A DNA stretch of 64,000 nt from Myxococcota bacterium (GTDB lineage: Bacteria > Myxococcota_A > UBA9160 > UBA4427): the NCBI GenBank assembly GCA_965250285.1, contig OZ252299.1, forward strand, positions 704,001-768,000, given 5' to 3'. Under the pieces are notes generated by a model that was given only the letters and a program-made list of their open reading frames with translations, was not told where the DNA came from and ran no database searches. The first letter of the stretch is position 1, and the number at the start of each line of letters is the position of its first letter. Positions 47,885 to 58,400 of this stretch are shown here, piece by piece. Made by a program: the position numbers and the translations under genes.

Positions 47885-49162
47885 ATGGACGAAACCGCTC
47901 GATTGACAATGCGCGACCAGAAGATCGACCTTCCGCTCACCGAGGGGAGCGAGGGCGAGATCGGCATCGACATCTCGAAGCTCCGGCCGCAAACGGGCAC
48001 GGTCACGCTCGATCCCTCGTTCGCGAACACTGCAGCATGCGAAAGCGCCATCACGTACATCGATGGCGAGCAGGGGATCCTCCGGTACCGCGGCTACGAC
48101 ATTGCCGAGCTCGCCGAGCACGCGAGCTTCCCCGAGGTGTGCCACCTGCTGATCTACGGGCGTCTGCCGACGCGCGACGAACGCGTCGAGTTTCGCCGCT
48201 TGTTGACGCGCCACACGCTCGTGCACGAAGACATGAAGATCTTCTTCGAGGGCATCCCAGCGTCGGCACATCCGATGGGGATTCTCTCGTCGATGATCGC
48301 TTCCCTGGCTGCCTTCTACCCCGCGGAGGAGACGCCCGAGGTCATCGACCTCAACATCATTCGGCTGCTCGCGAAGGCGAAGACGCTGGCCGCATTCTCG
48401 TACAAGACGGCCATCGGCCAGCCCTTCGTCTACCCGAACAATCAGCGATCGTACATCGAGAACTTCCTCGCGATGATGTTCGCCGTCCCGGCCGAGCACT
48501 ACGAGGTGAATCAGGTCGCTCGACGTGCGCTGAACAGGCTCTTGATCCTCCACGCCGATCACGAGCAGAACTGCAGCACGACCACCGTGCGTACGGTCGG
48601 CAGCAGCGGGGCGAACCTGTTCGCGTCGATCTCGGCGGGCGTGAGTGCGCTCTGGGGACCGCTGCACGGTGGGGCGAACCAACGCGTCATCGAGATGCTC
48701 GAGATGATCCGGGACGATGGCTCGAACTACCAGAAGTACGTCGACATGACGAAGTCGAAGGATTCCGACTTCAGGCTGATGGGTTTCGGGCACCGCGTGT
48801 ACAAGAACTTCGATCCGCGCGCGACGATCTTGAAGCGGACGGCCGACGAAGTGCTCGCGGAGCTGGGCGTCGACGATCCGCTCCTCGACATCGCCAAGCA
48901 GCTCGAAGAAGTCGCCCTGGCCGACGAGTACTTCATCGAGCGAAAGCTCTATCCGAACGTCGATTTCTACAGCGGGGTCATCTACCGCGCGATCGGCATC
49001 CCCACCGACATGTTCACGGTGATGTTCGCGCTCGGGCGCTTGCCGGGCTGGATCGCACACTGGCTCGAACAACGAAACGATCCGACGGTGCGAATCAGCC
49101 GGCCGCGACAGATCTATACCGGCGAGCAGCAGCGAGCCTGGGTGCCCCTCGACGAGCGCTGA
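47885..49162 (+). CDS. gltA: Citrate synthase (type II)
   Basis: ITYIDG, ILHADHEQNCST, LWGPLHGGAN, LMGFGHRVYK, YPNVDFYSG. Confidence 0.97.
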   Translation: MDETARLTMRDQKIDLPLTEGSEGEIGIDISKLRPQTGTVTLDPSFANTAACESAITYIDGEQGILRYRGYDIAELAEHASFPEVCHLLIYGRLPTRDERVEFRRLLTRHTLVHEDMKIFFEGIPASAHPMGILSSMIASLAAFYPAEETPEVIDLNIIRLLAKAKTLAAFSYKTAIGQPFVYPNNQRSYIENFLAMMFAVPAEHYEVNQVARRALNRLLILHADHEQNCSTTTVRTVGSSGANLFASISAGVSALWGPLHGGANQRVIEMLEMIRDDGSNYQKYVDMTKSKDSDFRLMGFGHRVYKNFDPRATILKRTADEVLAELGVDDPLLDIAKQLEEVALADEYFIERKLYPNVDFYSGVIYRAIGIPTDMFTVMFALGRLPGWIAHWLEQRNDPTVRISRPRQIYTGEQQRAWVPLDER

Positions 49163-49213
49163 CGACGAAGCGGGGTTCGGCCCGGTTTCGCGGCGGCCGC
49201 CATCTGGACTCGA

Positions 49214-50080
49214 TCAGGAAACGGTCGACTTCTTCCGGGCTCGCGCGGTGGGCGCGGCCGGTCCTCGCTGGCACTCGGGGCAGTGGAAGACCTTTCGGCC
49301 GCCGAGCACCTGGCGGACGATCTCGGTGCCGCACGTCCAGCAGGGGAGACCTCCGCGCGTGAAGACATGATGGCGATAGGCCGACCGGGTCAGCCCCTCG
49401 GCCTTCAGTTTGCGCACCCGGTCCCGATCGTTCGTGATGCCGCCGGTGCGATAGGCCTGGCGGGTGACGCGCAAGATCGAGTCGGCAAGCTGCTTTGCCT
49501 GAGACGGAGAGAGCTCACCCGCGCGCAGGGTCGGCGGGAGTCCTGCTTCGAAGAGGATCTCGGATCTCAGGTAGTTGCCGAGACCGGCCACGAAGCGCTG
49601 GTCGAGCAGCAAAGCGTGAAGCTGGCGCCGCCCGAAGCGGCGGTCGGTCACCCGGTCGAGGAGGGTCTTCTTCTCGAGATCACGCGAGAGCACGTCGGGC
49701 CCGAGCTTCGACAGAAACGCGTGCTTCTCGACCTGCGCCGGGGTCAGTACCTCGATGTCTGAAGCGCTGAAGAGCAGCGCCGACTTGTCTTCGTTGTGGA
49801 TCTCGAAGCGGAGGCTTCGGTTCGTTCGCGGTGGCTTGTCTCGGGCGACGACGTACCAGCGACCGTAGAGCTGGCTGTGCGTGTACACGCTCAGCTCGTT
49901 CTCGAAGCGGACGAGCATCGCCTTGCCGCGCGTGTCGATGCGAGTGACCCGTTGGCCCGAGAGTCGGCGCTCGAATCGCTTCAGGTGACGAAAGGCGAAC
50001 CGCACATCGGTCGCGACACGGCCAGCGACGGCACGCTCGATCCGGTCGGCAGCGCGTCGGATTTCAGGGCCTTCCGGCAT
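49214..50080 (-). CDS. nei: Endonuclease VIII
   Basis: MPEGPEIRR N-terminus, RGKAML, H2TH GLGNYLRSEILF, Zn finger CWTC...CPECQ. Confidence 0.93.
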   Translation of the reverse strand: MPEGPEIRRAADRIERAVAGRVATDVRFAFRHLKRFERRLSGQRVTRIDTRGKAMLVRFENELSVYTHSQLYGRWYVVARDKPPRTNRSLRFEIHNEDKSALLFSASDIEVLTPAQVEKHAFLSKLGPDVLSRDLEKKTLLDRVTDRRFGRRQLHALLLDQRFVAGLGNYLRSEILFEAGLPPTLRAGELSPSQAKQLADSILRVTRQAYRTGGITNDRDRVRKLKAEGLTRSAYRHHVFTRGGLPCWTCGTEIVRQVLGGRKVFHCPECQRGPAAPTARARKKSTVS

Positions 50081-50409
50081 TTCGATGCACATCCTCGGCT
50101 GAGTTCTGATTGCGGTTGTAGGATGCTGATTCGACCCAACGCGTCTCGAGCGATGTGAATCGCGGGTCGGTGCGCGCGCTCCGATCGCGAGATGCGTCCA
50201 GATCTTCGACCGCCGACCCTCGGTCGCGGTGGCTGGCAACGCACATCCGTGGGAGACCCGCTGGCTCGGCGGGTACGCCGCCGCTCCACGCCCCTGGTTG
50301 TCCAGTGGGATCGGCGCTGCGTATCATGTCCGTCGAGCGCAGGTGGGAACGGCGAGATCGGGGCGAGGACTGACGTCGCGCGGCGTTCGATCGACGTAGG
50401 TGATCGAAG

Positions 50410-51096
50410 ATGAAGTGGTGGTGGCTGGGAGTGGCTCTGTGGTTGACCGCGATGCCGGCGTCGGTCGAGGCACAGGATCACGCCGATTCCGAGGGGCTAC
50501 CGGATTGTGAGGCTCAGTGTCCGCCTCCGACCTACGTGCCCCCGCCGAATCGATATGCGCGTCCCGGCTTCTACGTCGGTCTGTCCGGAGCGATCGGCGG
50601 CGAGGCCTTCGGTGACCTCGTGACCGATACCATCGCGTCGATCGGACTGCCGACGACGGTCGACAGCTCGGCCGGGCTCAATGCTCGCGTGGGATACCGA
50701 TGGAAGAGCTGGCTTGCGATCGAAGCCCAGTATGAGTGGATGTCCCGCTTCCAGTTCAGGCTGGGTCGGATCAACGCCGCTGAGCTCGGGATGCACACGT
50801 GGGTCGTGAGCCCCAAGGTCTTCGTCCCGTACAAGAACATCCAGCCCTACATCCTCTTCGGGATCGGTGGCCAGCTGTCCGTGATCGATGCGCCCCCGCG
50901 GTTCGTCGCCGATCGGACCGATTTCAACTTCGCCATGCGTCCCGGAGTCGGCCTCGACTACTCCATGGCCGAGAACTGGGTGCTCAACGCCGAGTTCGCT
51001 GGCGTGCTGCCCATCGCGGACACGCAAACGGGGCTGGTTCAGGTCGACCAGCTCTTCTACGTCTCGGGCAGCCTCGGCCTGCAGTACCGATTCTGA
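50410..51096 (+). CDS. Outer-membrane beta-barrel protein (OmpA-like TM/porin family)
   Basis: Signal peptide, amphipathic strands, C-terminal LGLQYRF. Confidence 0.85.
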   Translation: MKWWWLGVALWLTAMPASVEAQDHADSEGLPDCEAQCPPPTYVPPPNRYARPGFYVGLSGAIGGEAFGDLVTDTIASIGLPTTVDSSAGLNARVGYRWKSWLAIEAQYEWMSRFQFRLGRINAAELGMHTWVVSPKVFVPYKNIQPYILFGIGGQLSVIDAPPRFVADRTDFNFAMRPGVGLDYSMAENWVLNAEFAGVLPIADTQTGLVQVDQLFYVSGSLGLQYRF

Positions 51097-51382
51097 AGCC
51101 TTTCGGCTCGCTCACGCGGGCGTGATCGATGGGGCGAGGCCCGTCGGCTGCGCCGTGGGTGCGGGTGTCTCAGCCGACACTCGTCGCGCATTTCGACACC
51201 ATGCGTCTCGGAACGTCGGGTGCGCCGGTTCGTTCTGGCTGCGGGGGGAGGCGAGGGCGGCGCACGAGCGACCTGCCGCCGCGGTGCACCTGCTGGCTCT
51301 GCCAGCGTGTCGAGGTACATTGAAGTCGCGACCGCAGTCGAGGGGATGGGTGCTGATGGGCTCCTGGTCTCTGTGAGGTCCC

Positions 51383-52507
51383 ATGATCGATCTCGAATCG
51401 GCCATTCATGCGAACCAGTCGATCGTCCCGCAGATCTACGAAGCGGCGAGCGATCCCCCGCTCTGGAACAAGGTCGTCTTCTCGCTCGCCGAGTTCCTCG
51501 ACTGTGAGATTGGGTTCATCGGGATCTCGTATCTGGCGAGCGGACGCGGCGAGACGCTGGCGTCGGTGGGGCTGCCCGACGACATGCTCGAGCTCTGGCA
51601 GAACGAGCATGCCGTCAACGACTGGGTTGACTTTCTGGCCAAGGTGAAGCCCGGCGAGACGGTGCACGCGAACCGCGACGTGCCGGTCGAGCAGATCGTC
51701 GAGTCTAAGCTGGGCAAGGCCATGATCCAGCCGCTCGGCGTCGTCGATGGCGTGGGTACCAAGCTCACCGATTCGCCCCTCTTCATCGGGCACATCAGCA
51801 CGTATTCCACCACGGGCCTGCTCGGGCAGCGCGAAGTCGACCGAGTCGACTTCCTGGCGCCTCACCTCGCACGCTCGCTGGCGCTCCACCAACGGTTCTC
51901 GATTCTCGAAGGGCAGTCGCGTTCCTATGAGCAGGCGATCGATCAGCTGCCCGTGGGTGTCGTTGTCCTGCACGTCTCGGGCGACGTCATGCATGCGAAC
52001 GAAGCCGCGCACGGCATCATCGGCGAGTCGGACGGCGTGCGGCTGATCGATGGGCGGATCGTCTTGGACGACCGCGAGGCGCAGGCGGCGCTCGTCGCCG
52101 CGCTGAGCGCGACGAAGCAGCCCGACCCCGGCAGCGGGCCGGGGGCGCTGTTTTCGGCGCAGCGGCCGTCGGGTCGCCGCGCACTGCACCTGGTCGTTTC
52201 TCCGCCGCTCGAGCGCGTGCCGGCCGCGGCCGAGGCGGGGGTCGTCCTCTGGATCGTCGCGCCCGACGAGATCCGGCCACCCGATCCCGATCGCCTGGCC
52301 ACGCTGCTCGGTCTCACGCCGGCCGAGGCCCGAGCCGCCGCCGCCATCGCGGCGGGTCGCACCGTCAAGGAGTACGCAGCGCAGTCCGGCGTATCTGAGG
52401 GCACGGCGCGCTGGACCCTGAAGCAGGTGCTCAACAAGACGGGCATGCGATCGCAGGCCGATCTCGTTCGGCTGGTGGTCGGGAGCGTTCCGAGTCCGCC
52501 CTTTTAA
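51383..52507 (+). CDS. GAF/PAS-containing LuxR-type HTH regulator
   Basis: LAPHLARSL, PAS-like QLPVGVVVL...HANEAA, GLTPAEAR...KTGMRSQADLVRL. Confidence 0.85.
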   Translation: MIDLESAIHANQSIVPQIYEAASDPPLWNKVVFSLAEFLDCEIGFIGISYLASGRGETLASVGLPDDMLELWQNEHAVNDWVDFLAKVKPGETVHANRDVPVEQIVESKLGKAMIQPLGVVDGVGTKLTDSPLFIGHISTYSTTGLLGQREVDRVDFLAPHLARSLALHQRFSILEGQSRSYEQAIDQLPVGVVVLHVSGDVMHANEAAHGIIGESDGVRLIDGRIVLDDREAQAALVAALSATKQPDPGSGPGALFSAQRPSGRRALHLVVSPPLERVPAAAEAGVVLWIVAPDEIRPPDPDRLATLLGLTPAEARAAAAIAAGRTVKEYAAQSGVSEGTARWTLKQVLNKTGMRSQADLVRLVVGSVPSPPF

Positions 52508-52672
52508 ACGCGCGCGAAGCGTTGGGAGGCCGATGACGCCCCGCGCCGCAAAGCGGAGCCCGCGACTCGACGATGTCGCCTCGCATCGCCCTGGCGTGCG
52601 GTCCGGCGGGTGTCCGAGGGTGGCCCTTCTTTGCGCGGCACGTGAGGGGCCCCGGCACGCGAGCTCGACGTC

Positions 52673-54616
52673 ATGAAGCTGCATGCGCTCGATGTCTTGA
52701 TCATCGGCGCGTTCGTCGCGTGGGCCGTCGCGAACGGGCTGCGGGCACGTCGGCGCGCGTCGTCCGATCTGGAGCAGTACTTCCTGGCCGGGCGGAGCCT
52801 GTCCGGCTGGCAGGCCGGGCTCAGCATGGCGGCGACGCAATTCGCCGCCGATACCCCGCTGCTCGTGACGGGTCTCGTTGCGACGGCCGGCATCTTCGCG
52901 CTCTGGCAGATGTGGGTCTACGCCCTGGCGTTCCTGCTGATGGGCTTCGTGCTCGCCCCGAGCTGGCGACGGGCCGGCGTGCTGACCGACGCCGAGCTGA
53001 CCGAGCTGCGCTATGCGAGTCGCGCCGCGCCCATCCTTCGCGCCGTCAAGGCGGTCTACTTCGGCACCGTCTTCAACTGTGTCGTGCTGGCGTGGGTTCT
53101 CTTCGCGACGCGCACGATCGCCGAGCCCTTTCTGGTCTGGCATGCATGGCTGCCGAGCGGGCTGTTCGAGCCCGTGCTCGGGCTCGTTCAGCTCGTCGGC
53201 GTTCCGCTGGCGACCGACCCGGCCGGGCCCGACGTCTGGATCCATACGGCCGACAACCTGCTGTCCGTCACCGGGATCGTGACCGTGACGCTCTTCTATT
53301 CGGCCACGGGGGGGTTGCGGAGTGTCGTCTCGACCGATCTCGTTCAGCTCGCGATCGCGCTCGGGGGGACGGCGATCTACGCCGGCTGCGTCGTCGCCCA
53401 CTTCGGCGGCATGGAGGCGCTGATCGACGCCCTGCGAACGCGCTTCGCGGCCGGTGGCCCCGGCGGCATCTCGCCGGATCAGATCCTCGCCTTCACGCCC
53501 TCGCAGGCGCGCGACGCTTCGTGGGCGGTGCTCGCCGTCTTCAGTCTGCAGTGGTTCATCCAGCTGAACGCCGACGGCACGGGATATCTCGCGCAGCGCT
53601 CGATGGCCTGCCGCAGCGATCACGACGCGCGGCTCGCGGGCGTCGTGTTCAGCTTCGCGCAGATCGTGCTCCGAAGTCTGCTCTGGCTGCCCATCGCGCT
53701 CGGCCTGCTCGTGCTCTTTCCGCCCGATGGGACGCTCGCCCCCGAGCTCGTGAGAGCGGATCGCGAGGCGACGTTCGTGCGCGGGATGGCCGAGCTGCTG
53801 CCGGTGGGCGTTCGTGGACTGATGCTCGCGGCGATGCTCGGTGCCCTCGCCTCGACGATCGACACGCATCTCAACTGGGGGGCGTCGTACTGGACCCGCG
53901 ATCTCTACGAACGCTTCTATTGCCGATCGTTGCGTGGCATCGAGCCCGATCCGCGCGCGCTCGTCTGGGTCGCCCGGCTCTCCAGCGTCGGTCTCCTCGC
54001 CGTCGCGCTCGGGGTCATGACGCAGCTCACCTCGATCGAGCGCACCTGGCGAGTGGCGCTGCTGCTCGGGGCGGGCATGGGGCCGATGCTCGTGCTGCGC
54101 TGGCTCTGGTGGCGCGTCAGTGCGTGGGGCGAGCTCGCGTGCATCGGCGTGTCGGCAGGGGTTGCCTTGCCGTTGATCGCTGCACCCTTGGGCGAGGCCG
54201 TTCGACTGCTCGCGATGGCCGCACTTTCAACGGCGGCGGGCGTCGCCGTCTCGCTCGCGACGCCCGAATCACGCGATGCGCTGCGTGGCTTCTACGAGCG
54301 GGCGCGGCCACCGGGCTTCTGGGGAGAGATCGCGATCGCGGCCGGCGACGACCCGCACGAGCCGCGACGGCGTCTTTCGCGGGGCGTCGCCGCGGTCTTG
54401 GCGACGGCCCTGGTCTGCTTTGCGCTCCTCACGGGTCTCGGTTCGTGGCTCGTCATGGCTCCGCCCCCCGAAGCCTGGCCATGGGGGCGCACCAGCTGGG
54501 TCGTGGCGCTGCTCGCAACCGCGGGCCTATGCGCACCCTTCGCGTGGCGCTGGGGCTTCACGGTCGACGGCGAGGCCGAGACCGATCGGGCCGGCGTCTC
54601 GAGGGCAGGCGGCTGA
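52673..54616 (+). CDS. Sodium:solute symporter family protein
   Basis: YFLAGRSL, SMAATQFAADTPL, GGLRSVVSTD, ASTIDTHLNWGASY. Confidence 0.92.
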   Translation: MKLHALDVLIIGAFVAWAVANGLRARRRASSDLEQYFLAGRSLSGWQAGLSMAATQFAADTPLLVTGLVATAGIFALWQMWVYALAFLLMGFVLAPSWRRAGVLTDAELTELRYASRAAPILRAVKAVYFGTVFNCVVLAWVLFATRTIAEPFLVWHAWLPSGLFEPVLGLVQLVGVPLATDPAGPDVWIHTADNLLSVTGIVTVTLFYSATGGLRSVVSTDLVQLAIALGGTAIYAGCVVAHFGGMEALIDALRTRFAAGGPGGISPDQILAFTPSQARDASWAVLAVFSLQWFIQLNADGTGYLAQRSMACRSDHDARLAGVVFSFAQIVLRSLLWLPIALGLLVLFPPDGTLAPELVRADREATFVRGMAELLPVGVRGLMLAAMLGALASTIDTHLNWGASYWTRDLYERFYCRSLRGIEPDPRALVWVARLSSVGLLAVALGVMTQLTSIERTWRVALLLGAGMGPMLVLRWLWWRVSAWGELACIGVSAGVALPLIAAPLGEAVRLLAMAALSTAAGVAVSLATPESRDALRGFYERARPPGFWGEIAIAAGDDPHEPRRRLSRGVAAVLATALVCFALLTGLGSWLVMAPPPEAWPWGRTSWVVALLATAGLCAPFAWRWGFTVDGEAETDRAGVSRAGG

Positions 54617-54878
54617 GCTGACCGGTCAGACGTTGGTCACGCGACCGCGGTCGAGGCCCGCGGATGTGTTCGACGAGGCCCAACGGCGCCTCTTTCCAGT
54701 CAGGTCTCGCGCCGAGTTCGTGTGCGCCTTCGAAAGCGGAGGTGCGCGCGTCTCGGTCGACAGCGAGGTCGCGGTCACGGTTCGGCTTCGGAGCGTGCCC
54801 GACACGACGGTGGCCATGCCCCTCCAGGTGCTTCGAGACGCTTCTGCGGTATCTTGTCGCCGAACACGGAGGGGTTTC

Positions 54879-55181
54879 ATGATTCGTCGATTCCGACTCG
54901 TGCTGGGCACCCTGGCGATGCTGATCATGGTGGCTTCGGCCGCGTGGGCCGAGCCCGTCACCTACGTTCTCGAGACACCCGGCGTCGTCTGAGGCGGCAC
55001 CTCTCAGAGGGCCCGTGCGGCCGTCGAACAGCTCGATCACGTCTCCGCCGTCAGCACCGACATGAACGCCCACACGGTGACCGTCACCTTCGATGACGAT
55101 CAGACCGATGTCAGCGCGATCGTCGCGGCGCTGAACGACGCAGGGTACGTCGTCAAGAAGCAGCAGAAGCAGATCGAATAG
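54879..55181 (+). CDS. Secreted HMA/MerP-like protein with in-frame TGA at 54990-54992 (putative selenocysteine)
   Basis: RBS ggagg. Read-through gives MIRRFRLVLGTLAMLIMVASAAWAEPVTYVLETPGVV(U)GGTSQRARAAVEQLDHVSAVSTDMNAHTVTVTFDDDQTDVSAIVAALNDAGYVVKKQQKQIE*, an HMA pattern on both sides of the TGA. Confidence 0.8.
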
Positions 55182-55459
55182 GGCTCGGATCTTCGTCGAG
55201 TGCAGCGACGAGCCGCGCGACACGTGTGCCCTGCGCGCGGTCGCGGATCGCGTGAGGGTCGCTCGATGCGGATGCGACGGCGATTGCTTCGCGTCGTTTC
55301 ATAGTCAACGAGTGCGTCCCTTTTTCGACAACGAGAGGTGTCACCGCGAGCCGCTCCGGGCCCGGCGCCACGGCCGTGCGGCCCGCCGACCCGCGCGCTG
55401 ATCACAGAACGAGGATCGATCGGTCGGTTTCGGCAGGCAACGTGTTAGCTTAGGCGCGT

Positions 55460-58400
55460 ATGAGCACCGCATGTCCGTCCTGCGGCCAGGAGAATGCCGA
55501 CGACGCCCGAGTGTGCACCGGTTGCGGGGCAACGCTCGGTGTCCCGTGCCGTCAGTGCGGGGCGATCATGTCGCCGACCGCCAAGTTCTGCTCCGAGTGC
55601 GGCGCGGCTGCGCAGCCCGTGGTCGAAGAGGGTGAGCGCCGACACCTGACGGTGCTCTTCGCCGATCTCGCCGGCTCGACTTCGATCGCCGAACGCCTCG
55701 ATCCCGAAGATTGGCGCGACACGGTCGTGCGCTTCCAGCAGGAGGCGGTGCGGGTCATCGAGCAGGCCGGAGGCTACGTCGCGCAGTATCTCGGCGACGG
55801 GCTTCTCGTCTACTTCGGATACCCCCGCGCAAGTGAGAACGACGCCGAGCGTGCGGTGCGCTGCGGCCTCGAACTCGTCGAAGCGACGCGGGCCCTGAAT
55901 CCCGAGCTGCAGTCGGCCCACGACGTCCAGCTCAGCCTGCGCGTCGGTGTGCATTCGGGGCCGGTCGTCGTGAGTGAGGTCGGCGGCACCCGGCGCGAGA
56001 CGCTGGCGCTCGGCAAGACGGCGAACCTGGCGGCGCGCGTGCAGTCTGCCGCGAAGCCGAACACCGCGTACGTGACGCAGGCGACGCTTCGTCGGATCGC
56101 CCCGATCTTCGTGACGCACGATGTGGGCGAGTTCGAGCTGAAGGGCATCGAGCGCCCGGTTCGCCTCCACGAAGTGCTGCATCCGAGTGAGTCGCGCGGA
56201 CGATTCGCGGCGCCTGGTCACGCGCTCACGCCCTTCGTCGGGCGCCAGCGTGAGCTCGACGAGCTCGAAGATCGCTTTGCGCGTGCGCATGCAGGGCAGG
56301 GCCAGCTACTGACGATTCGAGGCGAGGCCGGGATCGGCAAGTCTCGACTCGCGCATGCGTTCGAGCGATCGCTTCCGGTGGACGCGCACGCCTGGCACGA
56401 GTGCCAGGGTGCTGCGTACAACCGCGACAGCCCGCTGCAGCCGTGGCTGCATCTGCAACGCGATCTACTCGGCATCGGCGCGGCCTCGACCGATGAAGCC
56501 AAGGTCGCCGCCCTCGAGACCGCGCTGGGCGAAGCCGGGCTCGATCTCGACGAGGCCGTTCCGCTCTTCGCTGCGGCACACGGTCTTGCGCTGCCTGATC
56601 GCTACACGCTGCCCGATGTGAGCCCACTCGGCTTGCGCAAGCGCACCCTCGCGCTCATGGCCGACTGGCTGATTCGGCTCGGGCGCGATCAGACCGTCGT
56701 GCTGCTCGTGGAGGACTTGCACTGGTTGGATCCGTCCTCGGTCGAGCTGATCGGGCAACTCACCGATCGCATCGGCGAAGCGCGTCTCCTCGTCCTGCTC
56801 ACACAGCGTCCGGAGTTCGAGCCGCCGTGGCAGGAGGGCCCCTCGGTCTCGAGCATCGCGCTCGAACGTCTGTCGACGAACGAGCTGCACGAGCTGATCG
56901 CTCACGCATCCGACGAGTCGCCGCTCGGGGACGATTGGGTCGAGGCCATCCACAATCGCTCGGACGGCGTGCCGCTCTTCGCCGAGGAGCTGGCCCGGGC
57001 GGCCGCGCAGAGCACTGACGCGTCGGGTGGCGCAGCCTCGGCGCAGAGCGTGCCCGAGACCCTGGAAGACCTCTTGATGTCGCGCCTCGAGCGGATGGAC
57101 GACGTGAAGACGGTGGCCCAGCTCGCATCGGTGCTCGGTCGCGAGTTTCCGATCGGGCTGCTCGAGCCCCTCTGGCGGGGTGAGCGTGCAACGCTGCGCT
57201 CCGGCCTGGAGGCGGCCGAGCGCGCGCGCATTCTCACGCGCGTCGAGGGGGCGCACGAAGACCGCTATGCGTTTCACCACGCGCTCATTCGAGACGCGGC
57301 CTACGGCTCGATGTTGCGGCGCACCCGGCGACGGCACCATCAGGCCGTGGCGACGGCGCTGCGCGAGCACTTCCCCGACCGGGTCGCCGAACAGCCCGAG
57401 CTGCTCGCGCACCACCTGACCGAAGCCCAGGCGATCGATGCCGCGATCGAAGCCTGGCGCGAGGCCGGTGCGCTCGCGCTCGGTGGGGCGGCCTACGAAG
57501 AAGCCATTCGCCATCTTCGGCGCGCGCGCACGCTGCTGCACGATCACCCCGACGATGTGCGCAACCTCGACGTGGTGCAAATGCTCGCGGGCGTCCTGCT
57601 CGCGGAGCGCGGCTGGGCGCACGAAGAGACACACGAAGCCTGGGAGGCCGCGGCCGCGCTCTGCGATGCAGACAAGGAGCCGCTGCGGGCAGGCGCGATC
57701 GCCTGCGGGCTCGGTGATGCGTACTCGTCGCAGGATCTCGGCAAATCGCTCGACCACTTCGTCGCGCTGGCCGATCGCGGTCGCACGCGGGAGCTGCCCT
57801 TGCTCACGATCGCGGGCCATCAAGGGGCCGCGATTCCGCTCCGCTACCTCGGTCGCTACGCAGAGGCGCGCGGACACCTCGACCGCGGGCTGGCGACCTA
57901 CGACGTCGATCGGCATCGCTTCGTCGATGCCGGGTTTCATGAGGAGAAGGGCATCAGCCTGCTGCTCTGGTCGGCGTGGGTGCACTGGGATGTCGGCGAC
58001 CTCGATCGCGCACGTGAGGACGCTCGACGCGCGGGCGAGCTCGCGGATGCGCTCGACAGCCCCTTCGCGCGCGCCTTTGCCGATTCGTGGGGCTCGGGTG
58101 TCGAGGTCTTCTCGGGCAATTGGCCGCAAGCGCTCGAACTGGGCGCGCGTGCTGCGAAGCTCGCTGCCGATCACGGGTTCCTGCTGCTCGAGGCCATGGG
58201 GCGCTTCGCTGAGCTTGCATCGCGCGGCGTGCTCGAGGATCTGAACGAGGCGCCCGACCTCTATCGCATCGAAATCGGCCGACTCGCGGCCACAGGCAAC
58301 CAGCTCGGTGGCGCCGAGGTCTTCGCAATTCTGGCGCGACTCGAGCTCGAGATGGGGCTGAACGACCAGGCTCTTGCCACTGTCGATGTCGGGCTCGGTC

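Noticed and set aside
54815..54856. MerR-type operator before the HMA gene
   Set aside because: The dyad ctccaggtgcttcgag is weak (10 of 16), there is no good -35 at 19-bp spacing and no merR nearby.
54276..54992. 238-aa ORF ending at the TGA
   Set aside because: The N-terminal part is an out-of-frame overlap with the symporter plus intergenic sequence. Only the last 37 codons belong to the real gene starting at 54879.
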